From positions 7,222-71,221 of the forward strand of contig JADGBR010000013.1 of assembly GCA_015231405.1 (NCBI GenBank): a stretch of DNA of 64,000 nucleotides, read 5' to 3'. Source of the stretch: Candidatus Omnitrophota bacterium. Its GTDB lineage: Bacteria; Omnitrophota; Gorgyraeia; Tantalellales; Tantalellaceae. Position 1 is the first letter of the stretch, and every line of letters begins with the position of its first letter. Both the position numbers and the translations under genes were made by a program. Positions 17,537 through 27,998 of this stretch are shown piece by piece. The notes under the pieces were generated by a model. That model was given only the letters and a program-made list of their open reading frames with translations. It did not search any database and had not been told where the DNA came from.

Positions 17537-19075
17537 TTATTTATTGACCGGAGTGATACCCCTCTGTAGAAGCTCTATTATCTTCCCTCTCACGTCACCC
17601 CTGTCGTTAGGGTCCGGCGCCTGGACGTTCGATAGGAAAACACCATAAGCAGATAAAGTGTCGTGATCTAGCTCAGCGGCTTTAGTGTAGTCTGCCATGG
17701 AATTTACGTAGTCCCCGGCCAGGTATCGCGCGAGGCCCCGGGTATAATAAGGTGTGGCTTTCGCGGGATCCAACTCTATGGCTTTATCCGAGTCCGCGAT
17801 GGAATTCTTGAGATCCCCTTTCAGGAAATACGCCCATGCCCTGAAAGCATGAGCTTCCGAGGTGGCCGGGTCTTTCGATATGAGGATATCGTAGTCCGAT
17901 AAAGCCTCGCTAGTCCGGCCCATCGATAAAGATATTTCCGCCCTATATCGGTACGCGGGAACATAATCCGGGTAGAACGATATCGCCTTGCCGCAATAAT
18001 CCAGGGCTTTTTCCATAAGTCCGGCCTCGGTGTATATGTACGCCAGTTTCATATAAACAACGTGGGAGAAAATGAAATTCGGGTCGATTTCAACGGCTCT
18101 TTCGAGATCCTTAATGGCTTTGTCGGTCTCGTTCATGTGGAGATAGGTGACGGCGCGCCCCATATGGTACATCGGGTCGTTCGGGGAGAGCTCTAAGGCT
18201 TTATCAAGATCAGATAAAGCTTTATCGTAAAGCTCAAGCCCGTTAAGAACTGTTCCGCGGGCATAGTAGGATTCGGCCATTAAGGGGTTTTCCGTAACGG
18301 CTCCGGTATACACCTCGACCGCCGAAACGGTATCGCCTTCGCGCTCGAGGATATTGCCAATGGAATAAAGGAAATCGGCCTTTCTGGTCGGGTTCAGGAT
18401 AAGCGCCTTTTTAAGGTCGGCTTTAGCGCTGTCGTATTTTTCTAGTTCGGCTCGGGCCATGGCCCTTTGCCCGAAGAGCTCGAATGAATAAGGATTTTTT
18501 CCTAGGCCGTCCGAAAATTCGCTTTCAGCTAACCCGTACTCTCCGCGTGAGAGAAAGATCCCGCCGCGACCGAGGTATATCTCTTTGTCGATGGATCCGA
18601 GTTCAAGTGCTTTACGGTAATCCTCAAGCGCGGCGTCAAAGTTCAAGAGGCGGGAGTAAGAATAGGCGCGAGAAATGAATGTGGAGGGGTTCCTTGCGTC
18701 CTTGGCGATAGAAAAAGAAAGCTCGTCTATAGCGTTAACATGGTCCCCGGTGATACCGAGTATCTCCCCTATCATTTTGTGGACTCGAGCGTTGTTAGGC
18801 GCGAGGTCCAGGTATCGTTTGAGATCCCGGAGGGCGTTTTGGTACTGGCCGGTCACGCTGTAAGCCGTTCCTCTGAGAAAAAAGGCCCGGGCGTTATTCG
18901 GATCCTTTTCGAGCGCTTTCGATAATATCTTAATGGCCGGTGTCTTGTAGCGGGTGAATTTGGTCAAAATAAAGCCTTCCGCTGTAAGGAAAGGAGAATA
19001 GGCCAGGGAAGCGTATAGGAATAGGCAGGCGAGCAGTATAGAAGCAATAGTGGCGGCGCTCTTCTTGGTTACCAT
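17537..19075 (-). CDS. Tetratricopeptide repeat protein, membrane-anchored or exported
   Basis: N-terminal hydrophobic segment; many 34-aa TPR units (A...RG......G.Y..A..D..KALEL.P). Confidence 0.92.
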   Translation of the reverse strand: MVTKKSAATIASILLACLFLYASLAYSPFLTAEGFILTKFTRYKTPAIKILSKALEKDPNNARAFFLRGTAYSVTGQYQNALRDLKRYLDLAPNNARVHKMIGEILGITGDHVNAIDELSFSIAKDARNPSTFISRAYSYSRLLNFDAALEDYRKALELGSIDKEIYLGRGGIFLSRGEYGLAESEFSDGLGKNPYSFELFGQRAMARAELEKYDSAKADLKKALILNPTRKADFLYSIGNILEREGDTVSAVEVYTGAVTENPLMAESYYARGTVLNGLELYDKALSDLDKALELSPNDPMYHMGRAVTYLHMNETDKAIKDLERAVEIDPNFIFSHVVYMKLAYIYTEAGLMEKALDYCGKAISFYPDYVPAYRYRAEISLSMGRTSEALSDYDILISKDPATSEAHAFRAWAYFLKGDLKNSIADSDKAIELDPAKATPYYTRGLARYLAGDYVNSMADYTKAAELDHDTLSAYGVFLSNVQAPDPNDRGDVRGKIIELLQRGITPVNK

Positions 19076-19377
19076 GATAGTAATATAGCACGAAAAAAGC
19101 GACCTGGCAGATAAAATATTGTTTTATTGGATGTCTTTTATCCAGACCTCAAGGACAAAGGGAAGCCTTCTTACCGAATGAAGTTCTTAGAGATAATGGA
19201 ACAGCTCTAGGACGGTAAGCCCGTCGAGACGGCCGACCTCGAGGCGGTGTACGCGTCGTTGCGGGGAAGCTACGCTTTTCAATGGATAAAATAATTACAA
19301 TTTATTAGGCCATTGAGCATAGCCGATCGCAGGATCGTTTGATCTATATTGACGGATAAATTCCGATCACGATTATG

Positions 19378-20787
19378 TTATTCAACGTCCTTGAACTTAA
19401 CGGATCCGATCATGTCAACAGCAAGCTTTTCCTCTTCGGCCAAATTGCCTTTGGGCACTTCCGGATCCGGCGTCTCTCCAATGGGAAAAGTATAACCGAA
19501 ATCCGCAATCAACATTTTATCCTTAACCGGGGTGTAATAAATTTTCCACACGTAACCTTCATTTTTGACAGATGATACCGGATCACTCGCGACAAGAACA
19601 CACTCACCCCATGAATGATCTCTTAAGTTTACGACCTTGATCGATCTTGTCTCAAAAACGCCGTGTTCTTGTTCCAATGACTTCCTGATCAATTCGTTTT
19701 TTTCAAGATTCTCATAACGAATTTTCTTGCCGATATTCTGGTCTGATAGATCTACAGCGCTGAGCTCAAGGCCCAGATCTTTTAGGGGGTGTGAATACAA
19801 TCTCACGGCTATAGTCTGCCCTTTTTGCCTTTTAAAATGAACTAGCGTGTACTCTAATCGCGGAGTTGTTTGCTTGAGCACCCATCTTCCGCTAGGCCTA
19901 TCAAGAGTCACTCCTTCAGGAAAAACTATGGGCGGGCTTATCGTTGCCAGTACCTTTTGGGCAAAAGAATATCCTGTTTTGGAATAAATAAATCTGCCGA
20001 TCTGCGAGATCCAAATACCGCTTAGGGCAATAATCGCTATTATCAAGGCCGCTGCTAATAAGCACCCGGAACGGGATCTGTTGATCGCTTCCGGATCATT
20101 ACCTGGTTCTGTTGCTTTGATCTCCTTTAGCTTGTGATACAACAACACTTGTCCCGCAATTAAAAATGGCATAACAAGCGCCTGAAAGACATTGACTAAA
20201 AATCCGGCTAACTTAGGATGTGTCTTGGTTAATGCTAAAGCTGGAATTGGCGGCAGGAGAAAAGGGAACGAAATGATGGCAAGAAAGCAGCACGTTTTCC
20301 AGAAAAAACCCTTTATGAGTTGACTGCTCATTTTTAATGAGCCGTTCCCTTTACGCCCCTCGATAATTACCGCCAAATCCGACAAACAAAAGATTATTCC
20401 CCAATAAATGCCGGGGATAACAAAAAGCAGCAGACCTGCCAACGATATAAGAAAACAGATAGAAACTACCCCGATCACTCGCCAATATTTCCCCTTAGTT
20501 GCCGTAAAACAATCGGCTACAGCTGTCTCTTCGTTGCGGTATCTCTTTGATGCCGCAATAACCAAAGCGATATAAGCCCATATTCCGATAAAAAGGCTTG
20601 CAGAAGATAAAATAACGCTCAAACTATTGGGAGAGATAGTTTCAAGTAATGCAGGTATTACACCGAGAAGGGAGATCCCAAGAAAAAGACGAAGGTTATT
20701 CCTGAATAGCGTGATCGTTCCTATCAAAAAAACTCTTACATTAAATTTCTGATCGGCCGGCTGACGAGGACCAATGTCTGTATTCAT
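19378..20787 (-). CDS. Hypothetical integral membrane protein (multi-TM N-terminal half, soluble C-terminal half)
   Basis: 469-aa ORF; LLLFVIPGIYW and LKMSSQLIKGFFWK resemble DUF975/GPDPase-membrane-domain proteins; AT-rich. Confidence 0.75.
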   Translation of the reverse strand: MNTDIGPRQPADQKFNVRVFLIGTITLFRNNLRLFLGISLLGVIPALLETISPNSLSVILSSASLFIGIWAYIALVIAASKRYRNEETAVADCFTATKGKYWRVIGVVSICFLISLAGLLLFVIPGIYWGIIFCLSDLAVIIEGRKGNGSLKMSSQLIKGFFWKTCCFLAIISFPFLLPPIPALALTKTHPKLAGFLVNVFQALVMPFLIAGQVLLYHKLKEIKATEPGNDPEAINRSRSGCLLAAALIIAIIALSGIWISQIGRFIYSKTGYSFAQKVLATISPPIVFPEGVTLDRPSGRWVLKQTTPRLEYTLVHFKRQKGQTIAVRLYSHPLKDLGLELSAVDLSDQNIGKKIRYENLEKNELIRKSLEQEHGVFETRSIKVVNLRDHSWGECVLVASDPVSSVKNEGYVWKIYYTPVKDKMLIADFGYTFPIGETPDPEVPKGNLAEEEKLAVDMIGSVKFKDVE

Positions 20788-20833
20788 TCCGTAACCTTTC
20801 CAGGGTTCGCGTCCACAATTAGGGTGGGTAATG

Positions 20834-21076
20834 TTAGATGGAACGCTTTTTTAAAAATGCGAAGCCCGATCCTGATTTTAGGTATATCTCAAATTCAACA
20901 CCCTTATTCTTTTGATCGAAAGTAATGTATGCCGCTGATTCCCAAGGTCCATATTTACGGCTATACGATGACTTGTCGGCATTATTTTCATCTACCGGAC
21001 GGGAAATATCCTCTGTCAATCCGATATATATTCTATCGGGTAATTTTTTGCTGATAAGGATGTGAACTATTATCGT
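20834..21076 (-). pseudogene. Degenerate GIY-YIG endonuclease
   Basis: Frame extends upstream of the called TTG: (ACG)IIVHILISKKLPDRIYIGLTEDISRPVDENN...YSRKYGPW...FEIYLKSGSGFAFLKKR; ACG at the expected start, AGGAGG upstream; the RRL.EHN motif is decayed. Confidence 0.8.
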
Positions 21077-21086
21077 ATTTGTTATG

Positions 21087-21308
<222 letters not shown>

Positions 21309-21575
21309 CGCGGGGTATTCTATCAAAAAACCGGATGGATTACCAGACGCGTTTAAAGGGTTGTCGAAAAACGCAGACTATGAGTGCATATAACGCGTTC
21401 GTTGTTGCTGTGGATGTTCAGGTTGCGGCTTGATTTTGGAGAAACACCCGCACCATGAATTTTCATTGATTATTACTCACCACGTGATAAGATGCTACAT
21501 ATCATGTTTTACCCGTTAAACCAAGGACATACCGTGTCTGGCGGGGGACGGTTTCAGCAGAAAAAGGAGAATATA

Positions 21576-22556
21576 TTGAAGATATTCATAACAGGAGTGG
21601 CGGGTTTCGTCGGGTCGCATTTAGCCGACTATTTTCTGACCAGGGGGCATGAGGTCATCGGCCTTGACATGGTCGATTCGACAAGGACCATGAACATAAG
21701 ACACATACTTGATAACCCGCGGTTCAATTACATACATGATACTATTTTGAGCAACAATACCGTTAAAGGCCTGGTCGAACAAGCTGATGTCATATACCAT
21801 CTGGCCGCGGCTGTCGGCGTGGAGAACGTTCTGGGTGATATCCTCAACGTTATACGGGTAAATGTCATGGGGACAGAGATGATATTTCGCTTCGCCGCCG
21901 ATTTTAAGAAAAAGGTGATCTTCACCTCTACTTCAGAAATATACGGTAAAAGCTCGAAAGTGCCGTTCGCGGAGGACGATGACAGCCTTTTCGGGCCTAC
22001 CAGCGTTGACAGGTGGGTTTATGCCTATTCCAAAGCCCTGGGCGAATATATTTCGTTCGGTTATTGGAAAGAAGGGATGCCAAGCAGTGTAATAAGGATA
22101 TTCAACGCGTACGGCCCGCGGCTTGACGTGGAAGGGAGCGGCAGGGTGCTTTCACGTTTTATAAAGCAGCTTATCAACGATGAGCCGATCACGATAGTAG
22201 GGGATGGTACGCAGACCAGATGTTTTACATACATCGACGATATAATCAAAGGGCTCGTTCTGGCCGGCGAAAATGAGAAAGCGCTCGGTAATGTGTTCAA
22301 TATCGGGAATCCCGTTGAAATAGATATCAGGAAATTGGCAGATATGCTCATAGATATCTCTGGCAAAAAAGCGAAGATAGTTCATATCGATCCAAAAGTG
22401 CTTTACGGCCAGGGGTATGAAGATATACCCAGGAGGGCGCCTGATGTCAGGAAAGCGAAAAGGGTCCTGGGCTATGAAGCAACGACGCCGCTCCGGGACG
22501 GGATGGAACGGACGTACAAGTGGTTTTTGTCCCAGACGAACGGAGGCGGTGCTTGA
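21576..22556 (+). CDS. NAD-dependent nucleotide-sugar epimerase/dehydratase/decarboxylase (extended SDR)
   Basis: GVAGFVGSHL, HLAAAVGV, STSEIYGK, YAYSK; AAGGAG RBS then TTG 21576. Confidence 0.9.
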   Translation: MKIFITGVAGFVGSHLADYFLTRGHEVIGLDMVDSTRTMNIRHILDNPRFNYIHDTILSNNTVKGLVEQADVIYHLAAAVGVENVLGDILNVIRVNVMGTEMIFRFAADFKKKVIFTSTSEIYGKSSKVPFAEDDDSLFGPTSVDRWVYAYSKALGEYISFGYWKEGMPSSVIRIFNAYGPRLDVEGSGRVLSRFIKQLINDEPITIVGDGTQTRCFTYIDDIIKGLVLAGENEKALGNVFNIGNPVEIDIRKLADMLIDISGKKAKIVHIDPKVLYGQGYEDIPRRAPDVRKAKRVLGYEATTPLRDGMERTYKWFLSQTNGGGA

Positions 22557-23521
22557 AGAGGACGGGCTGTATCGGTAAAGGGTTCACTGAGGGAAAAGCT
22601 TTTCGGGATTTTATTAACGCTCTCTTGAAGGCCCGGTACGCCGGAACGAAGGGGCTCCTCCGCAAGAACGAGCCGGAGATCATCGCAGGAAATATAACCG
22701 CGCTAATGGAAGACAAGGATAATTTCGGGTTTTTTACCAGTAACGGTAAAGGCCGGATCGACGGGGTCATTGTTGTGTCGGTCCTGAAATGGGATAACGC
22801 GATCCTCGGAAGGGTCATGGCCAAGGCGGTCCTGTGGGGCGATATTTCCGCGGGCGGGAACAAAGCCGCTAGCCTTCTTTCACTGGCTGAGGAAGAGGCC
22901 GGGAGAAGGGGTGTCGGGTATTTTTCCCTGGACGCGTACGCGACGGAAGGGTATGCCCTGGGCGCTTTAGCCCGGAGGGGATATATCCTGGAAGAAAGCA
23001 AATGGAAGATGACGCGCGATATGGCGGCATATAAGACTAACGGACGCGTTCCGGGGGTGAGGGAGTATGCTCCGGGCGACAAGAAAAGCGTGGCGAAGAT
23101 CGCGTATTCGGACTATTCCAACCGGTATCTGGACAATCCGTTCCTCGAAAGCGGAAAGGTGCGGACATTGTATGCCGAATGGGCCGGCAACTGCTGTTCC
23201 GGAAGGTCCGATAAGGTTTTTGTCTCAAGTTCGGGGGGCGGTATCACAGGATTTATCGCGTGCAATCTGGATAAGAGGGGTAGCCGGGCGCCGGGAGAAA
23301 GGACCGGGATTATCGACCTTATCGTTTTGGACAGGTGTTCCCGGGGAAAAAAGACAGGGCAGGCGCTTATTAAGAAGGGGCTTGACTGGTTCAAGGAAAA
23401 CGCTGATATCGTGAAACTTGAAGTTGCTGTCAATAAGTTTCCCGCGGCGGCAATCTACATCAAGCACGGGTTCCGTCCGCAGGCCTTATTTCACGTGTTT
23501 TCCAGGCGGGTAAGACGATAA
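22553..23521 (+). CDS. GNAT acetyltransferase, WecD/RffC-like
   Basis: WDNAILG, LYAEWAGN, IDLIVLD...RGKKTGQAL, AIYIKHGF. Confidence 0.7.
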   Translation: MKRTGCIGKGFTEGKAFRDFINALLKARYAGTKGLLRKNEPEIIAGNITALMEDKDNFGFFTSNGKGRIDGVIVVSVLKWDNAILGRVMAKAVLWGDISAGGNKAASLLSLAEEEAGRRGVGYFSLDAYATEGYALGALARRGYILEESKWKMTRDMAAYKTNGRVPGVREYAPGDKKSVAKIAYSDYSNRYLDNPFLESGKVRTLYAEWAGNCCSGRSDKVFVSSSGGGITGFIACNLDKRGSRAPGERTGIIDLIVLDRCSRGKKTGQALIKKGLDWFKENADIVKLEVAVNKFPAAAIYIKHGFRPQALFHVFSRRVRR

Positions 23522-23569
23522 GGGGAAGATATCGTTCTAAGGCTTTTAGGATACGCCGGTCCGCGGCTA

Positions 23570-25006
23570 ATGGGAGACGGAAGGATGGGAATAGCAGATA
23601 TAGCGGTTCTTGCGGCCATAGCCGCCGGGAACTGGTTCTTGAAGACATTACCCAGGCGGGGGATCCCTCTATACGGCGCGGATAGCTGGATAATGCTGTG
23701 CTGGGCCCGCAAATTCAGGGAGAAAGCGCCTAAGAGCGAGTTCTCTGACCATTTGGTCCATAACGAACGGCATGATTATCCGGACCTCTTCCCCAAAATG
23801 CTCTCTTTTCTTGATGATAAAGCCGCGCTTAAATTCAATAGTATCATACCGGTTTTTTTTGACTTATGTAATCTCCTGATAGTTTTTGGCATTAGCTATT
23901 ATGTTTTCCGAGAAACCTTTCCCGCGGCCGTCTCGGGGGTCGTTTACTCGCTTTTCCCGCCGTTATTGACACAGCACGCTTGTTTGAACTCAAGGTTCCC
24001 GGGATATCTGTTCGTCAATCTCAGCATCGGCTTATTGATCATAGGCAGGGCCGAGGGGGTATTGCCCGCGACGATCGCCGGGATAGCCGCGGGGGGGTTA
24101 GTGCTCAACACCCACAGGTTCTCGGCACAGGCTTTTTTCGCGGCGCTGGCGGGGATGTCTGTTTTTGAGGGGACATGGTATTACGCTCTGGCGCTCGCAG
24201 GGTCGATATTAGCGGCGATCGCTTTTTCGGGGGGATTTTACCTCATTGTCTTGTCGGGACACGCCAAGATCATCCGGCTCCATTATACCAAGTTCAGGAC
24301 AACGCCGTACGAAAAGATCCGGTTCAAAGGATCTATGCTGAAAACGGTCCTGTGGGGATCGATGCTCCTCATTGGAGTATTTGGCGCCGATATGGCAGGT
24401 GCTCATATCCCCGGGATGTATGTCTCCACCGTCAACTGGGCGGTATCCCTGTTCGCGGCTTTTATCCTCACGACTTTCATTATATACCTCCATCCGTTCG
24501 GGCAGGGATACAGATATCTCGAATATTGCATCATGCCTCTTTCCGTGCTGTTCGGGAGCGCCGTCGCGATCCGAGGTCCCTTATGGCCTGTTGCCGCCGG
24601 CCTGTTCGCAGTGTACGCGGCGGTTTCGGCGCGGAAAATATCGGTCCATGCCCGCGAGATCCGGGCAGATTATGAGAACATAGTGGATAAGGACAGGCTG
24701 AGGATATTCGAGATCATAAAAAAGTCCGGCATACGGAATATTCTTTGCGTGCCTAACGCGCTCGCGCAGTCGGCGGCGTATTTCACAGGTAAAAAGGTAT
24801 TGTGGACCTATAACGCGTGGGAAAGGTATCCCTGGATGTTCCCGAAGATAACCATGCCCCTAAAGTTCGAACTCGCGGAGGTCATCAAGGAGCATGATAT
24901 AGACGCCGTGCTGCTTCACGAAAAGTTCGCTGCCCGGGGCGACCTTAAAGCTCGGACAGAGTTGATAGCCGCTGAAGGCCGGTATTTACTGCTGAGGTTG
25001 ATATGA
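23570..25006 (+). CDS. Polytopic membrane protein, possible GT-C fold glycosyltransferase
   Basis: About 10-12 hydrophobic segments, N-terminal loop with DYP motif, soluble C-terminus; glycan-locus context. Confidence 0.65.
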   Translation: MGDGRMGIADIAVLAAIAAGNWFLKTLPRRGIPLYGADSWIMLCWARKFREKAPKSEFSDHLVHNERHDYPDLFPKMLSFLDDKAALKFNSIIPVFFDLCNLLIVFGISYYVFRETFPAAVSGVVYSLFPPLLTQHACLNSRFPGYLFVNLSIGLLIIGRAEGVLPATIAGIAAGGLVLNTHRFSAQAFFAALAGMSVFEGTWYYALALAGSILAAIAFSGGFYLIVLSGHAKIIRLHYTKFRTTPYEKIRFKGSMLKTVLWGSMLLIGVFGADMAGAHIPGMYVSTVNWAVSLFAAFILTTFIIYLHPFGQGYRYLEYCIMPLSVLFGSAVAIRGPLWPVAAGLFAVYAAVSARKISVHAREIRADYENIVDKDRLRIFEIIKKSGIRNILCVPNALAQSAAYFTGKKVLWTYNAWERYPWMFPKITMPLKFELAEVIKEHDIDAVLLHEKFAARGDLKARTELIAAEGRYLLLRLI

Positions 25007-26040
25007 CGATGCTGAGGCGAACAACGAAAGCGGCTAAACTTCTGGTTATCCGTCCAAGGGGGTGGAAGAGCGCTATTACCAACCAGCTCGCGGCTTATAT
25101 GGGAAGGACCCGGGCGCCGTTCGCGCCTACCCTTGCCGTTATAGAGGTATCGGCCTTATGTTCGCTCGCATGCCCCGTTTGCGAGACCGGGGCCGGGAAA
25201 CTGGGCAGAGAGCAATCTCTTATGTCGCTAGAGGTTTTCCGTACGGTCATAGACAGGATATCGCGGCATATCAACACAGTCTTTTTATACTGGATGGGGG
25301 AACCTTTTCTGAACCCTGAGATATACGGTATGATATCTTACGCCAGGAGTAAGAACATATACGTGGCGGTATGTACGAACGGGGAACAGATGGATACGGA
25401 AGCTCTTTTGGAAGCCGGGCCCGATGAGGTCCAGTTCCAGGTGGCGGGGACAAGCCAAAAGGCCCATGAGAGATACAGGGTCGGGAGCACCCTCCGTAAC
25501 GTCGAGACCAATATCGGTCGCCTGGCCGGAGGTAAAAAAGAACATGGCAAAAAACGCCCCAGGATACTGGCCGGCCTCATAGTCACAAAGTACAGCGAAA
25601 AAGAAGCGCACGCTTTCGACGGCTGGGCGAGAGCCCTCGGCGCGGACGGCAGCATGCTTATAGATCTCTGGGTGCGAGACTATGATCAGGCCGTTGAGTT
25701 TTTACCCGAAGACAGGAAATACTGGCTTTATGATCCCCTGGCGTTCGAGGCGAAAGAGCTGAAGCTGAAGGACGGGACGGGAGGGAAGTGTTATTCAGTA
25801 TGGCACATGGTGACCGTTAACTGGAAAGGCGAAGTCTTTCCATGCTGCAGGGATACGGCTAACCGATACCGGATGGGAGATCTTCTGAAAGACCCGCTGG
25901 AAAAGATATGGAACAGCCGTGAATATATGGAGTTCAGGAGGAAAGTATTGCCTGGCCATTTTGGGCCCGATCTTTGCCGGCTTTGCCCCAGTTTCGGTGT
26001 TCCGAACCTGGGGAGTGTCGATACGGGAGACGGGAAATGA
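25003..26040 (+). CDS. Radical SAM/SPASM domain protein
   Basis: CSLACPVC, WMGEPFLN, SPASM CYSVW...GEVFPCC...C..C. Confidence 0.9.
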   Translation: MTMLRRTTKAAKLLVIRPRGWKSAITNQLAAYMGRTRAPFAPTLAVIEVSALCSLACPVCETGAGKLGREQSLMSLEVFRTVIDRISRHINTVFLYWMGEPFLNPEIYGMISYARSKNIYVAVCTNGEQMDTEALLEAGPDEVQFQVAGTSQKAHERYRVGSTLRNVETNIGRLAGGKKEHGKKRPRILAGLIVTKYSEKEAHAFDGWARALGADGSMLIDLWVRDYDQAVEFLPEDRKYWLYDPLAFEAKELKLKDGTGGKCYSVWHMVTVNWKGEVFPCCRDTANRYRMGDLLKDPLEKIWNSREYMEFRRKVLPGHFGPDLCRLCPSFGVPNLGSVDTGDGK

Positions 26041-27227
26041 GTAAAATATTATTCCTTTGCTCGTTCTCGCTTGAGGCTGCCCGGAAGAAAGGCATGCCGA
26101 CGGAAGGTATCGCAGCTGAAAGGGATTATACGGGGTATTTCGAGCATGTGCATACGGTCCATTTCCCCGTCGAACCGGAAATGTCCGTAATGATAGGGCC
26201 CAGGCACACGGTGCATGAATTTTCGAAGGGAAGGTTCGGTCCGTTTGCCGGGGTAAAGCTTGTCAATAATTTCTTAAGCGTGGCGGTATTCCTTTTTAAA
26301 GTGCGTCGGCTCCTGATCCGTGAGAGGATAGACATTATTAGGGCCATAGACCCCGGAGAGCAGGGGGCGTACGCTTATATCCTTTCAAAATTGACGGGGG
26401 TCCCCTGGTGCGTTTCCGTCCACGCGGACAGGGACCTTTATCACGATATGGCGGGGACTTTCCTGCTTTTCGGGTCGCGGAAAATATCAAGGGCGGTAGA
26501 GAAGTTCGTGCTCAGAAGAGCGCCGCTGGTGCTGGCGATCAGCAGGTACATAGCGGATTGGGTTATCTCCATGGGCGCGGACCCCGACAGGGTAAGGATC
26601 ATTTACCACGGGATAGACGTTTCCGGGGACGAAGGGCCCGGGGCCGATCCAGGCGTAGGTTTTAAAGTCCCGGAAGGGAAAAAGGTCGTTTCGTTCGTCG
26701 GCCGGCTCAGCAGGGAGAAATACGTTCACGATGTCGTGCTGATAGCGGAAGAACTTTCAAAGAAAAGGAAAGATGCTGTCTTTCTTATCGTGGGAGAAGG
26801 TCCCGAGAAAGAAGATCTTAAAAATATGATATCTGCGCGCGGTCTGGCTGGGACAGTGATCCTTCTTGGCGCGAGGCCCAACGCCGAAGTTAACCGGATA
26901 CGGAAGATATCGGATGTCAATTTCTGCCCTCTTTCGGGGTTCAGCCTTCTCGAAGCCGCGCTTTCAGGTAAACCTGTTGTAGCTTATGACGTGGAATGGC
27001 ACAAGGAGCTGATAGAGAACGGCAAGACAGGCATGCTGGTACCGAAGGGGGATACGGCCGCGGCTGTCGCTGCGATGGACAAACTGCTGAGCGATCCCGC
27101 GCTGGGAGCGGAACTCGGGAAAAATGCCAGAGATACCGTTAAAAACCGACATTCCTTGGAAAAGGTATCGCGCGCCAAATTGGATTGTTATCGGGAATTG
27201 TTAGGTATAAATTCGCGTCGTCTCTAG
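26037..27227 (+). CDS. Glycosyltransferase family 4
   Basis: FVGRLSREKY, IVGEGPE, LLEAALSGKPVVA. Confidence 0.9.
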   Translation: MSKILFLCSFSLEAARKKGMPTEGIAAERDYTGYFEHVHTVHFPVEPEMSVMIGPRHTVHEFSKGRFGPFAGVKLVNNFLSVAVFLFKVRRLLIRERIDIIRAIDPGEQGAYAYILSKLTGVPWCVSVHADRDLYHDMAGTFLLFGSRKISRAVEKFVLRRAPLVLAISRYIADWVISMGADPDRVRIIYHGIDVSGDEGPGADPGVGFKVPEGKKVVSFVGRLSREKYVHDVVLIAEELSKKRKDAVFLIVGEGPEKEDLKNMISARGLAGTVILLGARPNAEVNRIRKISDVNFCPLSGFSLLEAALSGKPVVAYDVEWHKELIENGKTGMLVPKGDTAAAVAAMDKLLSDPALGAELGKNARDTVKNRHSLEKVSRAKLDCYRELLGINSRRL

Positions 27228-27391
27228 CGGGATGACATAGGATCATGGTATTGGTTTTGCCAAATGGAGACGTTAGACCTTGTTTATCAGGGAGTCCTGA
27301 CAACTTGAGAAAGTATGGATACGATATCGATGATGTGTGTTGTTTTGCGAGCGAGCAATATGGGGGGGTATTTATGGATGCCGTTAATAAA
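27221..27391 (+). pseudogene. Remnant of a SPASM domain
   Basis: SLAG*HRIMVLVLPNGDVRPCLSG matches the SPASM C.AG....V.PNGDV.PC pattern with a stop; AT-richer; in frame with wbpD. Confidence 0.45.
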
Positions 27392-27397
27392 ATGGGA

Positions 27398-27970
27398 ATG
27401 AAATATTTTGTCCACCATACAGCCGTCATAGACGATGAAGTCGTGATAGGAGACGGCACTAAAATATGGTTTTTTTCGCATATACTAAAAGGTTCGAGGA
27501 TAGGGGAAAACTGTATTCTTGGTCAGAACGTCGCGATAGGGCCTAATGTAACGGTTGGCTCAGGATGCAAGATCCAGAATAACGTTTCGCTTTATCCGGG
27601 AACGGTCTTGGAAGATAACGTTTTCATCGGGCCTTCGGCGGTATTTACGAACGTGCTGACCCCGAGGGCGTTCATCGAACGGAAAGACGAGTTCAAGCAA
27701 ACGATAGTTAAACAGGGTGCCGCGATAGGGGCCAATGCTACGATAGTATGCGGTGTGACGATAGGTGAATATGCCTTTGTCGGTGCGGGTGCGGTGGTCA
27801 CAAAAGATGTCGCTCCATACGCTTTGGTAGTCGGCGTGCCTGCGAGACAAAAAGGGTGGGCTTGCAAATGCGGAGTTCCGCTGGAAGAGGAAGATGATCG
27901 TTGCGCTTGTCGACGCTGCGGTGCCGAATATGTCATCGAGGCCTCAGCGTTGAAAGTAAAATCTGTTTAA
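27398..27970 (+). CDS. wbpD: UDP-amino-sugar N-acetyltransferase (hexapeptide repeat), WbpD/WlbB-like
   Basis: YFVHHTAVID, TKIWFFSHI, KIQNNVSLY, FTNVLTPRA, GWACKCG C-terminal Zn finger. Confidence 0.85.
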   Translation: MKYFVHHTAVIDDEVVIGDGTKIWFFSHILKGSRIGENCILGQNVAIGPNVTVGSGCKIQNNVSLYPGTVLEDNVFIGPSAVFTNVLTPRAFIERKDEFKQTIVKQGAAIGANATIVCGVTIGEYAFVGAGAVVTKDVAPYALVVGVPARQKGWACKCGVPLEEEDDRCACRRCGAEYVIEASALKVKSV

Positions 27971-27998
27971 TTTGCGACAAATAGTACAAGGGGATAAT

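Noticed and set aside
21310-21575. ops/JUMPStart antitermination site ahead of the glycan operon
   Set aside because: No match to GGCGGTAG; only a weak GC-rich hairpin
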